64,000 nucleotides of DNA from positions 640,001 through 704,000 of the forward strand of contig JBOEGF010000018.1 of assembly GCA_050633305.1 (NCBI GenBank), read 5' to 3'. The notes beneath the pieces were generated by a model. The model made no database searches. It worked only from the letters and a program-made list of their open reading frames with translations, and was not told the DNA's origin. This DNA is from Nannocystales bacterium (GTDB lineage Bacteria > Myxococcota_A > Polyangia > Nannocystales > Nannocystaceae). Shown here piece by piece: positions 61,133 through 64,000 of this stretch. Both the position numbers and the translations under genes were made by a program. Numbering within the stretch: the stretch's first letter is position 1; every line of letters begins with the position of its first letter.

Positions 61133-62395
61133 TTACTCCGCGACGTATTGCCACATCTCGCCGCCACCACCGGCGGCGATCATCTCCCCGCTGTCGAACA
61201 TCCAGACTCGCGACAGCGGGCCGGCGTCTTCGGGGGTGATGTCTTCGAACGTGCGGCCCCCGTCTTCGCTGATGATGACGAATCCGCCGAGTGCGGTGGG
61301 GACCTTCTCGCCGACCATCACGACGGTGTCGCCGTCGACGGTGATGTCGTTGACCCCAGCTTGGTAGTCGAGACCGGAGTCGAACAACTCGATCTTGTCC
61401 CAGTTGGCGCTGTCGTAGGGGTCGGCACCGTCGACGAGATAGATGAGCGGGAACTGCTCGCTCTGGTCGTGGCCGGCGACGATGATGTGCTCGCTGTCCC
61501 AGACGTGCATGTCGAGAAGCTCGCCGTCGCGCGTGTCGGGTTGCAGCAGGACGCTCTGGAAGTGGAACGTCGCGCCCTCGAGTCGCGAAGGGAGGTGGAC
61601 GCGGGCAGGGTCGTTGATGAGGCTGCCTACGGCGTAGAAATGGTTGTCGTTGGCGACGATGCGGCGGACTTGGAAGCTGCCCGCGTCGGGGTCGCTCAGG
61701 AGCGCCTCTCCGAGGCTCCCGACCTCTTCGAACTCGCCTCCGGCAGCGCGGTATGCCGCCGTACCTCCGGTCAGGGAGTCGATCAGCATCTGGCCGTCCG
61801 CGGTGATCGCCGCATTTTCGGCCTGGTTCACCGCGAGGAACGCGTTGTTGCTCGCCGTGTAGAGCCCGGTGGATCCGATCATGCCGCCCTCGTCAAAGCT
61901 CCACACCGGGTAGCCATCGAGTTGGTGGATCCCCGCGCCGTACAGCACGCCATCGGCTCCGCGACGAATGTCCATGATTCGGACTTCGTTGAACCGGACG
62001 TTGTCTTCGAACGTCGCGCCACCGTCGGTCGTGGTGAAAAGGCCTTCACCGTCACCGTTTTCGCCGCAGCCCACGAAGCCGGTCATGCGGTCGTCGAACC
62101 ACAGTGCGTTGGTCCCCGAACCACCGCAGGGACCGGCGATCTCGCTCCAGGCAAGGGGGCCCGAGGGCTCGCCTGTCTCCTCGCTGCCGGTCGTCGACGC
62201 GTCGGGTCCCGACGTGTCGCCGCTGCCCTCTTCGCCGTTCGTCTCGCCGGTGGTCGCGGGTCCACCGGTCTCCGCGTTGCCAGTTTCAGCCGCCGAGGTT
62301 CCACCATTGGTGGTGGACATGGGCTCCTCTTCCGCGGGATCACATGCGGTGAGGATGAACAGGGCAGCTAGAGGGGCAACGGAAAGGCGTTTCAT
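61133..62395 (-). CDS. Beta-propeller (BNR/Asp-box, Ycf48-like) lipoprotein
   Basis: Lipobox LTAC; TTDGGATF and SEDGGRTF Asp-boxes. Confidence 0.75.
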   Translation of the reverse strand: MKRLSVAPLAALFILTACDPAEEEPMSTTNGGTSAAETGNAETGGPATTGETNGEEGSGDTSGPDASTTGSEETGEPSGPLAWSEIAGPCGGSGTNALWFDDRMTGFVGCGENGDGEGLFTTTDGGATFEDNVRFNEVRIMDIRRGADGVLYGAGIHQLDGYPVWSFDEGGMIGSTGLYTASNNAFLAVNQAENAAITADGQMLIDSLTGGTAAYRAAGGEFEEVGSLGEALLSDPDAGSFQVRRIVANDNHFYAVGSLINDPARVHLPSRLEGATFHFQSVLLQPDTRDGELLDMHVWDSEHIIVAGHDQSEQFPLIYLVDGADPYDSANWDKIELFDSGLDYQAGVNDITVDGDTVVMVGEKVPTALGGFVIISEDGGRTFEDITPEDAGPLSRVWMFDSGEMIAAGGGGEMWQYVAE

Positions 62396-62505
62396 GGGTC
62401 TCGGTCAAGAAGAGTCACGACGGCCGGGTTCGGATCACGCAGAATGTGTTTTTCTTGTTACGAGGCCCACGGCGGCTGCGTACGTCGGTTCTGTTACCCT
62501 GCAGC

Positions 62506-62724
62506 ATGCTGCGGAGCTGGGCGGGAAGGATTGGACTGGTCGCGGTCTTCAGCGTCGGAGTCGGGGCGAGCTGTTCCAAGAACGGCCGAGGATCCACGGA
62601 CCCGAACGCGTGTATGCGACGGTGTGACCAGGACGAGTGCGACTTCCACGCATCCAGCGTCGGGGACAACCAGAAGTACTTGGACTGCCTCGAGGGCTGC
62701 CAGAAGAAGTGCGGCGGGGGCTGA
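62506..62724 (+). CDS. Small Cys-rich lipoprotein
   Basis: Signal with GASC, then CMRRC..C and CLEGCQKKC. Confidence 0.6.
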   Translation: MLRSWAGRIGLVAVFSVGVGASCSKNGRGSTDPNACMRRCDQDECDFHASSVGDNQKYLDCLEGCQKKCGGG

Positions 62725-62736
62725 TACAACCCCGTC

Positions 62737-63777
62737 GTGGCAGACACGCTGACGCTCGATCGCCCCGACGACTGGCACCTCCATCTGCGCGACGGCGCGC
62801 GGCTTGCAGATACGGTGGCCGCCTCGTCCAAGGTGTTCGGGCGGGCGATCGTCATGCCCAACCTGCGCCCGCCGGTCGCGACGGTGGAGGATGCGGTGGC
62901 CTACCGCAGGCGCATCCTGGAAGTGCGTCCGTCGGGGTCGAGGTTCGAGCCTCTGATGACGCTGTACCTGACCCCAGGGACGTCGCCGGATGAGATCCGC
63001 AAAGCGGTGGCGCATCCCGATGTGCACGGCGTCAAGCTGTACCCCGCGGGCGCCACGACCAACGCGGAGGCCGGTGTCACCGACCTGGGTGCCTGTGCGG
63101 ACGTGTTCGAGGCGATGGCCGAAGGCGGTCTCCCGCTGCTGATTCATGGCGAATCCATCGCTCCGGGGGACGATGTGTTCGATCGAGAGAGCATCTTCAT
63201 CCGCGACACGCTGGCCCCGTTGGTCGAGCGGTTTCCGACGCTTCGGGTCGTGTTCGAGCACATCACGACCCAGGAGGCAGTGCAGTTCGTCGAATCGGCT
63301 TCCCAGCGCGTCGCGGCGACGATCACGGCGCACCACCTGCTGTACGACCGCAACGAGATCTTCCGCGGTGGCGTTCGCCCCCACATGTACTGTCTGCCGG
63401 TCCTCAAGCGCGCCCGTCACCGCGAGGCCCTCATCGCCGCAGCGACAAGCGGCAACCCCAAGTTCTTCCTGGGCACCGACAGCGCCCCGCATGCGCAACA
63501 CGACAAGGAGAGCGCCTGCGGGTGCGCGGGGGTCTATACGGCGCACGCGGCCGTCGAGTTCTACGCTGAAGCGTTCGACGGTGCCGGGGCGCTCGACCGA
63601 CTCGAAGGGTTCGCGAGCCACCATGGGCCCGACTTCTACGGCCTCCCGCGGAACACCGAGCGGATTCAGCTTCGACGAGTGCCGCAGCCCGTGCCGACGA
63701 CGCTCCCGCTGGGCGATACCGAACTCGTACCGCTACGCGCGGGCGAGTCGGTGGGTTGGGTTGTCGAACAGGATTGA
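62737..63777 (+). CDS. pyrC: Dihydroorotase (type II)
   Basis: [42 protein letters not shown]. Confidence 0.96.
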   Translation: MADTLTLDRPDDWHLHLRDGARLADTVAASSKVFGRAIVMPNLRPPVATVEDAVAYRRRILEVRPSGSRFEPLMTLYLTPGTSPDEIRKAVAHPDVHGVKLYPAGATTNAEAGVTDLGACADVFEAMAEGGLPLLIHGESIAPGDDVFDRESIFIRDTLAPLVERFPTLRVVFEHITTQEAVQFVESASQRVAATITAHHLLYDRNEIFRGGVRPHMYCLPVLKRARHREALIAAATSGNPKFFLGTDSAPHAQHDKESACGCAGVYTAHAAVEFYAEAFDGAGALDRLEGFASHHGPDFYGLPRNTERIQLRRVPQPVPTTLPLGDTELVPLRAGESVGWVVEQD

Positions 63778-63808
63778 CACGACTTCGGGGGACCCTGATT
63801 CTCGCGCC

Positions 63809-64000
63809 GTGCGGGACCACGACGGCGCGAACAAGCGCGCCTTGCAACGGCGGATTCGCGACGATGCGCGGGCCACCTATGACGCGTTCGCACCCGAGTA
63901 CGACGAGCATCTCCAAAGCGGCTGTAGCTATGCGTCGCCTGCTCGGGTCGCCCAGGCCGTCGCTCGGTTGCAGCCGTCGGGGCGTTGGCTCGACGTTGGA
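63809..64000 (+). CDS. Class I SAM-dependent methyltransferase (3'-truncated by window edge)
   Basis: Frame reads ATYDAFAPEYDEHL..Y.SPARVA...RWLDVG. Start uncertain. Confidence 0.6.
   Translation, partial: MRDHDGANKRALQRRIRDDARATYDAFAPEYDEHLQSGCSYASPARVAQAVARLQPSGRWLDVG

Overview
High-GC, gene-dense bacterial chromosome segment. It is most likely myxobacterial (Nannocystaceae-like), judging from DUF1552, MYXO-CTERM, an MXAN_5187-type gene and many lipoproteins with Ser/Thr/Gly-rich linkers; this is inference from gene content. About 55 CDS; no rRNA, tRNA, CRISPR array or mobile element was recognised. Housekeeping genes: def, comEC, selA, fpg/mutM, pyrC. The standout locus is a compact His-Xaa-Ser (Hxs) RiPP-like cassette at 43916-47189. 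It has a radical SAM enzyme fused to a class I methyltransferase, two translationally coupled HxsD-like proteins, and two paralogous precursors sharing a conserved leader, with cores HCS(HGS)14W and HCS(HGS)10W. The cassette sits between a FIST sensor and a PAS-GGDEF-EAL protein. Other points: a frameshifted CSLREA gene, an ECF sigma operon with paralogous lipoprotein/anti-sigma domains, a sphingosine-1-phosphate lyase-like gene next to an FGGY kinase, a four-LamG protein with a CxGC motif in each repeat, a LETM1-like protein with an EF-hand loop, and a zincless-finger Fpg. All family assignments come from motif recognition by eye; no searches were run. Several start codons are estimates.
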